Positions 19,574-28,446 of a DNA stretch of 64,000 nt are shown here, one piece after another. The notes under the pieces were generated by a model. It saw only the letters and a list, made by a program, of their open reading frames with translations. It made no database searches and had not been told where the DNA came from. The stretch covers positions 3,674 through 67,673 of the forward strand of contig JANNWR010000153.1 in NCBI GenBank assembly GCA_031408715.1, written 5' to 3'. Origin of the DNA: a bacterium. GTDB lineage: Bacteria > Eisenbacteria > RBG-16-71-46. Position numbers and translations under genes: made by a program. Every line of letters begins with the position of its first letter. The first letter of the stretch is position 1.

Positions 19574-21649
19574 ATGTGCGGCATCGCCGGACTCTACGAC
19601 CGACACGGACGAGCGGACCTGGGACGGCTGCAGGCCATGGCGGGCCTGCTTCGGCAGCGCGGGCCGGACGATGAGGGCCTCGTGCTCGTCGACCCGGTCG
19701 GTGGTCAATCGTTCACACATGGCGGCGCCGACACACCGGCGAACGTGTTCAAGTCCGGACTGCCGTGGGCCCCGGGTGTCGCGCGCGGCGCCCAGCCGAC
19801 GGCGCGCTACGGCGTCGCCCTCGCGCATCGCCGCCTGAGCATCGTCGACCTCGAGCCGACCGGTCACCAGCCGCTGTGCGACGCCGCGGGCCGCAGTTGG
19901 ATCGTGTACAACGGTGAGGTCTACAACCACATCGAGCTGCGCGCTGAACTCGAGAAATCGGGAGTGCGCTTCGTGGGGAAGAGCGACACCGAGGTGATCC
20001 TCGCGGCTTACAAGGCCTGGGGCACCGACTGCCTGTCGCGTTTCAACGGCATGTTCTCGCTCGCCATCTGGGACGCCGACCAGCAGCGCCTGTTCTGCGC
20101 GCGCGACCGCATGGGCGTGAAGCCGTTCTACTACCAGTACGATGGCGAGAAGTTCGCTTTCGCCTCCGAGGCGCGTGCGCTGGTGCTCACGCAGGGCTGG
20201 CGCATCCAGCCGAACCTCGCCGCGGTGCGTGACCTGCTCGCACTCGACTGGGTCGACCACGAGACGCAGACATTCTTCGAGGGCCTGCGTCAGTTGCCAG
20301 CCGGACACTGGATGTCGGTCGGCGAGGGTGGTTTCCAGATCCAGCAGTGGTGGCGGCTCGATCCCGCGCGTCGCGCCAGTGGGAGTGCCGCCGAAACGGC
20401 CGCTGAGTTCGGCGAACTGTTCACGGACTCGGTGAAACTGCGCCTGCGTGCCGATGTCGAGGTCGGCTCCTGCCTCTCGGGCGGGCTCGACTCGAGTGCC
20501 GTGGTGACAACGGCCGCCAAGCTTTCGAACAAGGGCCTGCACGCCTTCACCTGTGCCTACGACGAAGGCCCGGCGTTCGACGAACGTCCTTACGTACGCG
20601 CGGTCGCCGAAGCCACCGGTGCCACGTCCCATGTCGTGGTTCCCGATGGTTCGGATTTCTGGAGTGTGTTCGACACGCTTGCCGACCAGCAGGGGGAGCC
20701 CACCGCTGGCCCCGGCGTGTATTCGCAGTGGCAGGTCATGAAGCTCGCCGGCAGCAAGGGACTCAAGGTCCTGCTCGACGGTCAGGGCGGCGACGAGACG
20801 CTCGCGGGTTACTTCCGCTATCTGCCGACTCGCCTGCGTGACCTCGTCACGGCCGGCGACTGGACCGGGTTCGCGAGCTTGTGGGGACCGGTCTGCGACC
20901 GCCTCGGTTTCGCCACCACGCTGCTGCACACGTTCGAGCCCGCGATGCCTGCGGGTGTCGTCGCGCAGCTGCGGCGGCGTTTCGGTCAGGGCAAGGACCG
21001 CGTGCTGTCCGGCAAGCTGGCGAAGCTCGGCTCGCATGTGCCGCGCGCCGCCAGCTCCACGCGCTCGGGGCTCTGGGATCAACTCGCGTTCGACACCACC
21101 GTGCGCCAGTTGCCCAGCCTGTTGCGCTACGAAGATCGCAGCAGCATGGCGTTCGGCATCGAGACGCGCCTGCCGTTCCTCGACTACCGGCTGGTGGAGT
21201 TCGCGTTCTCGCTCCCCGACACGCAGCGCCTTGATGGCGTCGTCACCAAGGCGATCGCGCGCCGTGCGCTCGGGGATCGGGTGCCGAAGACGGTGCTCGA
21301 GCGCCGCGACAAGATGGGATTCGAGACTCCGACCGACCTGTGGTTGCGCGGCCGCTATGCCGCGGAGGTCCGCCGCCGCTTGAGCCGCAAGGGCCCGTTC
21401 CAGGACTGGGTCGAGGCCGGCGTGGTCGAGCGTGCGCTCGACGACTACCTTGCCGGAAGGCGCGAGATCGGGCTGCAGATCTGGCGCTGGCTCTCGCTCG
21501 AGGCGTGGTCGCAGCACTACGTGGCGCGTGATCCGCGCACGATGGGGCGCGCTGCCGACCCGTCGGTCTCGGCGGGCCGGCATCTCGGCTACGTCGAGGC
21601 GGTCGCGCATCACGCGTCCGAGCTCGCGGCAGGCGTCGCGGCGGGCTGA
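19574..21649 (+). CDS. asnB: asparagine synthase (glutamine-hydrolysing) family amidotransferase
   Basis: MCGIAGL provides the N-terminal Cys nucleophile of class II glutamine amidotransferases. CLSGGLDSSAV is the PP-loop. The length is 691 aa. Confidence 0.9.
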   Translation: MCGIAGLYDRHGRADLGRLQAMAGLLRQRGPDDEGLVLVDPVGGQSFTHGGADTPANVFKSGLPWAPGVARGAQPTARYGVALAHRRLSIVDLEPTGHQPLCDAAGRSWIVYNGEVYNHIELRAELEKSGVRFVGKSDTEVILAAYKAWGTDCLSRFNGMFSLAIWDADQQRLFCARDRMGVKPFYYQYDGEKFAFASEARALVLTQGWRIQPNLAAVRDLLALDWVDHETQTFFEGLRQLPAGHWMSVGEGGFQIQQWWRLDPARRASGSAAETAAEFGELFTDSVKLRLRADVEVGSCLSGGLDSSAVVTTAAKLSNKGLHAFTCAYDEGPAFDERPYVRAVAEATGATSHVVVPDGSDFWSVFDTLADQQGEPTAGPGVYSQWQVMKLAGSKGLKVLLDGQGGDETLAGYFRYLPTRLRDLVTAGDWTGFASLWGPVCDRLGFATTLLHTFEPAMPAGVVAQLRRRFGQGKDRVLSGKLAKLGSHVPRAASSTRSGLWDQLAFDTTVRQLPSLLRYEDRSSMAFGIETRLPFLDYRLVEFAFSLPDTQRLDGVVTKAIARRALGDRVPKTVLERRDKMGFETPTDLWLRGRYAAEVRRRLSRKGPFQDWVEAGVVERALDDYLAGRREIGLQIWRWLSLEAWSQHYVARDPRTMGRAADPSVSAGRHLGYVEAVAHHASELAAGVAAG

Positions 21650-21654
21650 TCCGC

Positions 21655-22779
21655 TTGGACCTGCTCGTCCTGTCCGAGGTGCGCTGGGGGTACTTCCGAA
21701 CGCGGAAGCAATTCCTGCTGTCGCGCTTTCCCGCACCTTGGCGGGTGTTCTTCGCGCAGCCGCCGGCGTTCGGGGCCGATGATCCGTGGGAGCCTCGCCG
21801 GGAGGGGCGGGTGACGGTGTTCACCGTACCGTTCCTGAAGCCCGGGACGACCAGCCCGCTCTACAATCGCGTGAGCGGGACGGCGTGGGGGCGGGCCGCC
21901 ATCGAAATGGGGGCGGAGCTCCACCTGAACCGCATGCTGGCGCGGCTCGAGGTCGACCCCGAACCCGTGGTCATGGCCTCCAACATCTACGCCCCGGGAC
22001 TGCTTTCGCGGCTCCGTAAGAAGCTGCTACTCTATGACTTCAACGACCACCCCCTGCAGTTCTCGGCCTCGCCCCCGTGGGCTCAGGCCTACCTGCGACG
22101 CACGCTTGCGCAGGCGCAGGGGGTGTTCGTCGTTTCGGAGTACTACCGTCGCCACCTGGTCTTGGAGACCGATCGCCCCTTGATCCTGCTCGGCAATGGA
22201 GTGGAGATGTCGCACTTCGAGGCGCCTCGAGCGCTACCGGCCGATCTGGCCGCGTTGCCCCGGCCGTTGATCGGCTACGTGGGGCTGCTCTCGCATTTCC
22301 TCGACTTCGACCTGCTCGAGACGGTGCGACGGAACCGGCGCGGGGGCACGGTGGTATTGATCGGACCGGGCTCGCCTGCGACGGATGCGGCCGTGTCCGA
22401 GTTCAGCCGCCGCGAGGGTGTCGCGGTGTTGGGCCCGCGGCCCTACGCCGACATCCCCGCCTACATGCAAGGTCTGGATGTGGGCCTGATTCCGTTCCGG
22501 GCTCAGGATCCGTTCGTGCAGGGGATCAATCCGAACAAGGTCTACCAGTATCTGGCCGCCGGACTTCCCGTCCTCACCACGCCGTTGCTCGATCTGGAAG
22601 AGAGTCCGCCGGACCTGATGTTCGCTGCCACGCCGGACGAGTTCGTGCAGGAGCTCGACCGAGCGCTCGCCGCCGCACCCGAACCGTCTCGCCGCCGTGC
22701 GCTGGCGCGTTCCCATGACTGGGACGCGCTTGCCGTGCGCATGGTGGCGGAGATCGAGGCGCGGCTGCCCGCCGCGTGA
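21655..22779 (+). CDS. glycosyltransferase, GT-B fold (GT1/GT4-like)
   Basis: TTG start, 6 nt after the asnB stop. The C-terminal half reads IGYVGLLSHFLDFDLL...INPNKVYQYLAAGLPVLTTPL. Confidence 0.6.
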   Translation: MDLLVLSEVRWGYFRTRKQFLLSRFPAPWRVFFAQPPAFGADDPWEPRREGRVTVFTVPFLKPGTTSPLYNRVSGTAWGRAAIEMGAELHLNRMLARLEVDPEPVVMASNIYAPGLLSRLRKKLLLYDFNDHPLQFSASPPWAQAYLRRTLAQAQGVFVVSEYYRRHLVLETDRPLILLGNGVEMSHFEAPRALPADLAALPRPLIGYVGLLSHFLDFDLLETVRRNRRGGTVVLIGPGSPATDAAVSEFSRREGVAVLGPRPYADIPAYMQGLDVGLIPFRAQDPFVQGINPNKVYQYLAAGLPVLTTPLLDLEESPPDLMFAATPDEFVQELDRALAAAPEPSRRRALARSHDWDALAVRMVAEIEARLPAA

Positions 22780-22796
22780 GACCCGGAGAACCCCGC

Positions 22797-25253
22797 ATGA
22801 GCCGCAGCAAGCCTGAGACTCCCAAGGCACCCGGTAAGGGCTTCACGCTCACCACTTCGTGGGTGGCCGTGTTGCTGGCCTTGCTCACCATCGTGTTCTT
22901 CCACGACGTCGCACTGCCACCACCGGGCGGCGACACGAAAGTGTTCATGTCGCCCGATGCCACGGCACCGGTCGGCTTCGTGCGCATCGGCGAGCAGTCG
23001 CTGTGGAAGGACCACGTCTACCCGCTGTGGAATCCGTTCGTGTTCCTCGGCATGCCATCGTTCGGTTCGGGCGGCTACAACCCGCTCATCTACCCACCGG
23101 ACTGGCCGCTCGCGCTGCTGCAGAAGGTACTGCCGCTGCCCGAGATGACCTGGCTGCTGCTGTATTACTTCCTGGGCGCGCTGTTCACTTACCTGCTCGC
23201 GCGCGAATGGGGAGCACGTACCGAAGGCGCATTGCTCGGCGCGATCGCATTCGTGTTCCAACCCAACCTGGTCGCCGTCGGTGCACACGGTCACGGCAGC
23301 CAGTTGGTGGACTCCGCCTACTTGCCGCTCATGGTGTGGCTCGCAGCGCGCTGGTTACGGAAAGGCACGTTCGCCGAGCTCGGATGGCTGGCGCTGGCGG
23401 GTGGCTTCCAGTTCCTGCGCGGTCATATCCAGATCTGCTTCTACACCTGGATGGCGGTCGGGCTCTACACGCTGGTGGCAGTCGGGATGACCGCGCGCCG
23501 GCCCGAGGAACTCAAGACCATCGCGTTGCGTGCGCTCGGTGTCGCCGGAGCCGCGGCCCTCGCATTCGGCATCGCCGGCGTCTACAACCTGCCCCTCCGT
23601 GACTACGCGCAGTATTCCATGCGCAGCTCATCGGCCACGGGTGGCGCGCCATTCGAATACGCGACCGGCTGGAGCATGGCGCTCTATGAACTGCCGAGCA
23701 TCGTGTTCCCCAACTTCGTCGGATTTGGCGGCGGGACCTACTGGGGCGGGATGCCGTTCACCGATTACCCGAACGGCTTCATCGGCATCATCATCACACT
23801 GCTCGCGCTGGTCGGGTTCGTGGCGCGCGGGCAGGGCCCCGCCACCGCGAAGCTGTTCGCCGGCGTGCTCGCGGTGTTCGCGCTGCTGGTCGGGCTCGGG
23901 CACAACTTCCCGCTTTACGGCTTCCTCTACGACCACCTGCCGATGTTCAACAAGTTCCGCATCCCGGTCATGATCCTGCTGCTGTTCCAACTCGCCATGG
24001 CGGTCGCGGCGGCGTGGGGCTGGGGCGCGCTCGTCACGGTCGGCGCGACGAAGGGGAAGAGCGACCTCGTCGACCGAGTCATGCTCGGAGCCGGCATCGC
24101 GCTTGCGGTAGTCGGGTTGCTCGGTCTGTTCGGGACCGAGGGCCTGCGCGCCGGCTACGTGAACATGGCGCTCGAGCACAAGCCGCAGTTCGCCGGCGAG
24201 GCCGCGCGTGTCGCGTTCGGGGCGTTCACCGGGGATCTCGCCAAGGTCGCGCGCCTCGGGCTGGCACTCGTCGCCGTCGCATGGTTCGCGCGCCGCGGGA
24301 AGTTCCCGGTCGCGCTCGCATCGGTCGTGGCGTTGCTCCTGCTGCTCGTCGAACTGTGGCCGGTCAGCGGTGCAGTCATGGCGCCGACCATCGGGGACCC
24401 CGTGCAACGCAACCTCGAGGCCGGCCGCGACGACGTCATCGACTGGCTCGAGAAGGCGGGGCCCGCCGGATCGTTCCGAGTGTTCTATCCCGAGGACCAG
24501 TGGTTCACCGACAACCGGCCCGCGGGCTTCGGCATCGGCGTGCTCGGCGGCCGGCACTCGGCCAAGACCAAGCTATGGCAGGACCTTTACGAGACGCGCT
24601 CGCTTTACCGCCTGCCGTGGCTCGCGCTGCTGAATGCGCGCTACTGGGTGTTCTCGCGCCCGGTCTCGCCAACGGACATCCCGCCGGACTGGTACGCCCT
24701 GCTGAAGCAGGTCTACGTGGGCAGTGCCGGCGTGGTGTACGAGTTCGCACTCACCATGCCGCGGGCCACCCTGCTGGGAGCGTGGAGCGTGGTGCCCGAC
24801 ACCGGACGCGCGGTCCTCGACTCGGTGAGCTTCGTGGCGCACGACCCACGACGCTTCACCTATCTCACGCAGGAACCCGGGATCGCATCCGGTGAGCCGG
24901 ATTCCGTGGGCACCGCGAAGATCACCAAGTACGGGCTGCACGATGTCGAGGTCGAAGTCGAAGCCTCGCGTCCCGCGGTGTTGCGACTCGCCGATCTGTA
25001 TTACCCGGACTGGAAGGCCACGGTCGACGGAAAGCCGGCGAAGGTGCTGCGCGCCGACCATGCGTTGCGTGCCGTGGCGGTGCCCGCCGGGAGACACACC
25101 GTGAAGTTCCGCTTCGCCTCGACGGCATTCATGGCCGGACTGTGGACCAGCCTCATCAGCACGCTGATCGCGGTCGGTCTCATGGTGGCGGGGTGGTGGT
25201 TCTCACGCCGTCCGTCGTCGGCCGCACCCGCGGCGGAGAGTGAGCCGGCCTGA
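22797..25253 (+). CDS. YfhO-like GT-C membrane protein
   Basis: Start is ATG 22797. The ~818-aa protein is polytopic in its N-terminal two-thirds (DHVYPLWNPFVFLGMPSFGSGGYNPLIYPPDW). A large C-terminal extracytoplasmic domain follows, then a final TM helix, which is the YfhO architecture. Confidence 0.6.
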   Translation: MSRSKPETPKAPGKGFTLTTSWVAVLLALLTIVFFHDVALPPPGGDTKVFMSPDATAPVGFVRIGEQSLWKDHVYPLWNPFVFLGMPSFGSGGYNPLIYPPDWPLALLQKVLPLPEMTWLLLYYFLGALFTYLLAREWGARTEGALLGAIAFVFQPNLVAVGAHGHGSQLVDSAYLPLMVWLAARWLRKGTFAELGWLALAGGFQFLRGHIQICFYTWMAVGLYTLVAVGMTARRPEELKTIALRALGVAGAAALAFGIAGVYNLPLRDYAQYSMRSSSATGGAPFEYATGWSMALYELPSIVFPNFVGFGGGTYWGGMPFTDYPNGFIGIIITLLALVGFVARGQGPATAKLFAGVLAVFALLVGLGHNFPLYGFLYDHLPMFNKFRIPVMILLLFQLAMAVAAAWGWGALVTVGATKGKSDLVDRVMLGAGIALAVVGLLGLFGTEGLRAGYVNMALEHKPQFAGEAARVAFGAFTGDLAKVARLGLALVAVAWFARRGKFPVALASVVALLLLLVELWPVSGAVMAPTIGDPVQRNLEAGRDDVIDWLEKAGPAGSFRVFYPEDQWFTDNRPAGFGIGVLGGRHSAKTKLWQDLYETRSLYRLPWLALLNARYWVFSRPVSPTDIPPDWYALLKQVYVGSAGVVYEFALTMPRATLLGAWSVVPDTGRAVLDSVSFVAHDPRRFTYLTQEPGIASGEPDSVGTAKITKYGLHDVEVEVEASRPAVLRLADLYYPDWKATVDGKPAKVLRADHALRAVAVPAGRHTVKFRFASTAFMAGLWTSLISTLIAVGLMVAGWWFSRRPSSAAPAAESEPA

Positions 25254-25969
25254 TGGAGAAGCTCATCATCGTCCCGACCTACAACGAGCGCGAGAACATC
25301 GATCCGCTGCTCGAACGGCTGCTCGCGCTGCCGTTCGGGCTCGAGGTGCTGATCGTCGATGATGGCTCGCCGGACGGGACCGCCGAACTGGTCAAGGCCT
25401 GGCAGGCGAAGACGCCCCGCGTCCATCTGTTGCAGCGTCCCGGCAAGATGGGGCTGGGTTCGGCGTATCGCGAGGGTTTCCGATTCGCACTCCGGCACGG
25501 TGCCGAGTACATCTTCGAGATGGATGCGGACTTCTCGCACGACCCGGATGCCATCGGGGACTTCTTCGAGGCGGCGAGGGACGCCGACATCGTGCTTGGC
25601 TCGCGCTATCTGCACGGCGTCACGGTCGTGAACTGGCCGCTGTCGCGCCTCATCCTGTCCTACTCGGCCAACGTCTACACGCGCATCGTCACGGGCATGC
25701 CGCTCGCCGATGCGACCGGCGGGTTCAAGTGTTTCCGTCGCCGGGCACTCGAGAGCGTCAACCTCGAACACGTGAAGACCGAGGGCTACGGCTTCCAGAT
25801 CGAGATGTCATTCCGGTGCTGGAAGAAGGGCTTCCGGATCAAGGAGATCCCAATCGTGTTCGTCGACCGCCGGGCCGGTGTGTCGAAGATGAACAAGAAG
25901 ATCATCTACGAGGCCGCGTGGATGGTGTGGAAGTTGCGCGTGCTGGACCTGTTCGGCCGATTGGAGTGA
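25253..25969 (+). CDS. polyprenol/dolichol-phosphate mannose synthase family GT2 (Ppm1/DPM1-like)
   Basis: ATG 25253 shares 1 nt with the upstream stop (TGATG). Motifs are IVPTYNERENI, VDDGSPDGT, MDADFSHDP and GGFKCFRR. Confidence 0.85.
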   Translation: MEKLIIVPTYNERENIDPLLERLLALPFGLEVLIVDDGSPDGTAELVKAWQAKTPRVHLLQRPGKMGLGSAYREGFRFALRHGAEYIFEMDADFSHDPDAIGDFFEAARDADIVLGSRYLHGVTVVNWPLSRLILSYSANVYTRIVTGMPLADATGGFKCFRRRALESVNLEHVKTEGYGFQIEMSFRCWKKGFRIKEIPIVFVDRRAGVSKMNKKIIYEAAWMVWKLRVLDLFGRLE

Positions 25970-25973
25970 TCCC

Positions 25974-28349
25974 ATGTCCCGACACCGCCGTTCTGTCCCG
26001 CTGTTCGTGACTCGCTCGATCGCGAGGCTGTGCGCCACGCTGTTCGTCACGTGGTCCGTTCTGGGATCCGCGGCGGTGGCGCATGCGCAGGGGCAATGGA
26101 CCTCGTACATCCATCACTCTTCGTGCAACGATCTCATCGTGCTCGGCGACACGGTCTGGGTGGCTTCGGGGCAGGCCGGCCTGCTGCGCTATTCGCGCCG
26201 CGATGGCACTTGGAGTTCGCTCACCCGCCAGCCCAGTGGCATCGCCGGCAATGACGTCCGGGTCCTGACTTACGACCGCACGGGCAACCTGTTCGCCGCG
26301 ATCCCGGGCAAGGGCCTGAGCCGGCTCGACACCGACGGCCGATGGTCGCTGATCAATGCTTTCGATGGCCTGCCGTCGGACACGGTGCTGTGCATGCGTG
26401 CGCAGGGTGACACGGTGTGGATCGGCACGACGCGCGGACTGGCCATCTATGACGGCAAAGCGCTCGCGGGATCGATCCCGGACCTCGGTACCACCTCGCC
26501 ATTCCTGGATGACCACATCAATGGGGTCGAGATCACCGGAGACTCGCTGTTCGTCTCGACTGCGATCGGCGTGCAGTTCGCGCGCCTGTCGGAACGGCTC
26601 CGGAACTGGACGACGATCAACCTCGGGCTGCCGGTCTTTGCCCCCCGTCCGAACAACGGCAGCGTGTCGCTGCAGATGTTCGGGATCGTGAGCGACGGCC
26701 GCACGGTGCTGGCGCTGGCCAGCGGGGCGAATCCCGACAATCCGGTGTTCAACACTTTCACGACGTTCCGCTGGTCTGGTTCCGAGGGGCGCTGGCGTTC
26801 CGACTTCCCGGCGAATGCTTCGGTACGCCGGCTGCGGGATGACTTCGGAGTGTTGCTCGCGACCACGCCCGGGGGTGTGTTTCGCTGGAACTCCCCGGGA
26901 GTCTGGACACTGCTGGCGGGTTCGCCGGCGACCGACAACGGCGACGCGGCCCAGTTGGAGGTGGCGGCGGACGCGAGTGGGCGCGTGTTCGCATCCACTG
27001 GAGGCCGATTGCTCGAGCAGGGCACTCCCGCTTGGCGGACTATCACGCCGCCCGGCCCCCCGGGAAACGACTGCCGCAATGTCGCGAATGTCGGGGGGAC
27101 CGTGTACGCCTGCTTCGAAGGCAATGGCGTGGGCCGGTTGCGCGGCGGTGTGTGGCGCACGTTCCCTGGCGGGGTACAGTGCCAACTGCCGGGTTGCAAC
27201 CCGGACACCACGTTCCTGAGTTCCAGTTTCCCCAAAGTCCTGCTCGTGGATCCGCTGGGTCCCAAGTGGATCGGGATCTGGGATGGCCCGCTGGCGAAGT
27301 TCGACGACACGGTGGAGCCGCCGCGGTTCACGAACATCCTGTTCCAGTCGGGCGACAACATCACCGTGCACCTGCACTCCACCACGCATGGCTACGCGGC
27401 CGACCTGAACCACCTGACGCCCGGCAAGGAGCCGGGCCGCTGGTTCGGGCTCGACACCGACGTCCAAGGAGACAACGCGTACAACCCGCTCGGGTTGGAC
27501 GTGTACGACACGACCGGCACGTTCATCCGGAACTTCGGCACGACCTATCCCGGGATCTACGAGGGCCTGATCCGCGCGCTCGTCGTGGACCGCAGCAACC
27601 AGATGTGGATCGGCTTTCGCAAGAACTCGACCGCGGGGCTGTCGACGTTCCCGGTCCCGCCGAGGCTCTCGGATCTTCCGACGATCACCGCCGTTCCGGG
27701 TTCGGGGGCGCTCAACGTGTTCGGGCTGGCGGCACACGGGGACTCGGTCTGGGTGCTGGCGGATGACGGGCTGCACCGCTTCGATCAGTCGGCCCGCTCA
27801 TTCGTGACAACGCTGCAGATCGCTGCGCCTCCGGCGCTGTTCAGTGTGCATCCGGTCGACGTCGGTCCGGACGGCACGGTCTACGCGGGTACGACGGGTG
27901 GTCTGCGCATGCACCGGCGCGGCGTCCCGGCGGTGGACTTCAATGCCGACAACTCGCCACTCGCGGATAACGAGGTGCGCAGCGTCTTTGTCGACAGCAA
28001 AGGGGTGGTGTGGATCGCGACCGCCGGCGGCCTGAACAGCTTCGACCCGGACTATCTGCCGCCGCCTCCGCCGCGGCTGAGTTCGCTCCGGATCCAGCTG
28101 TATCCCAATCCGGCGTGGGTCACGGGCATCGGGGCCGAGTTGCACCTGTCGGGCGGCGCCACTGCATACGAAGGCGAGATCTACGACCTGAACGGCCGCA
28201 TGGTGCATCGGTTCAAGAGTGGAGGGAACGGCCGGGTGATCTGGAACGGCCGGGACCTGGACCAGCGCTGGGTGGATCCAGGTGTGTACTTCGTGCGCGC
28301 GCGCGCGGGTGGCGCCGAGGCCACCGCTCGCGTGGTCCTGCTTCGGTAG
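25974..28349 (+). CDS. secreted beta-propeller repeat protein (two-component-regulator-propeller type) with FlgD-Ig/T9SS-like C-terminal domain
   Basis: A signal-peptide-like N-terminus ends in AAVAHAQG. Repeats of the form 'VWVASGQAGLLRY / VWIGTTRGLAIYDG / VWVLADDGLHRFD / VWIATAGGLNSFD' recur. The C-terminus is LYPNPA...IYDLNGRMVHRF...WNGRDL...PGVYFVRARAGG...RVVLLR. Confidence 0.75.
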   Translation: MSRHRRSVPLFVTRSIARLCATLFVTWSVLGSAAVAHAQGQWTSYIHHSSCNDLIVLGDTVWVASGQAGLLRYSRRDGTWSSLTRQPSGIAGNDVRVLTYDRTGNLFAAIPGKGLSRLDTDGRWSLINAFDGLPSDTVLCMRAQGDTVWIGTTRGLAIYDGKALAGSIPDLGTTSPFLDDHINGVEITGDSLFVSTAIGVQFARLSERLRNWTTINLGLPVFAPRPNNGSVSLQMFGIVSDGRTVLALASGANPDNPVFNTFTTFRWSGSEGRWRSDFPANASVRRLRDDFGVLLATTPGGVFRWNSPGVWTLLAGSPATDNGDAAQLEVAADASGRVFASTGGRLLEQGTPAWRTITPPGPPGNDCRNVANVGGTVYACFEGNGVGRLRGGVWRTFPGGVQCQLPGCNPDTTFLSSSFPKVLLVDPLGPKWIGIWDGPLAKFDDTVEPPRFTNILFQSGDNITVHLHSTTHGYAADLNHLTPGKEPGRWFGLDTDVQGDNAYNPLGLDVYDTTGTFIRNFGTTYPGIYEGLIRALVVDRSNQMWIGFRKNSTAGLSTFPVPPRLSDLPTITAVPGSGALNVFGLAAHGDSVWVLADDGLHRFDQSARSFVTTLQIAAPPALFSVHPVDVGPDGTVYAGTTGGLRMHRRGVPAVDFNADNSPLADNEVRSVFVDSKGVVWIATAGGLNSFDPDYLPPPPPRLSSLRIQLYPNPAWVTGIGAELHLSGGATAYEGEIYDLNGRMVHRFKSGGNGRVIWNGRDLDQRWVDPGVYFVRARAGGAEATARVVLLR

Positions 28350-28446
28350 CCGTCGCGATCGTGACGGCGCTCGCGCGCGGGCGCGGCTGGACCGGGGGGC
28401 AGGAGGCCCCCTGCGACATGGAACCACACGACCCGGCGGATCCTCG

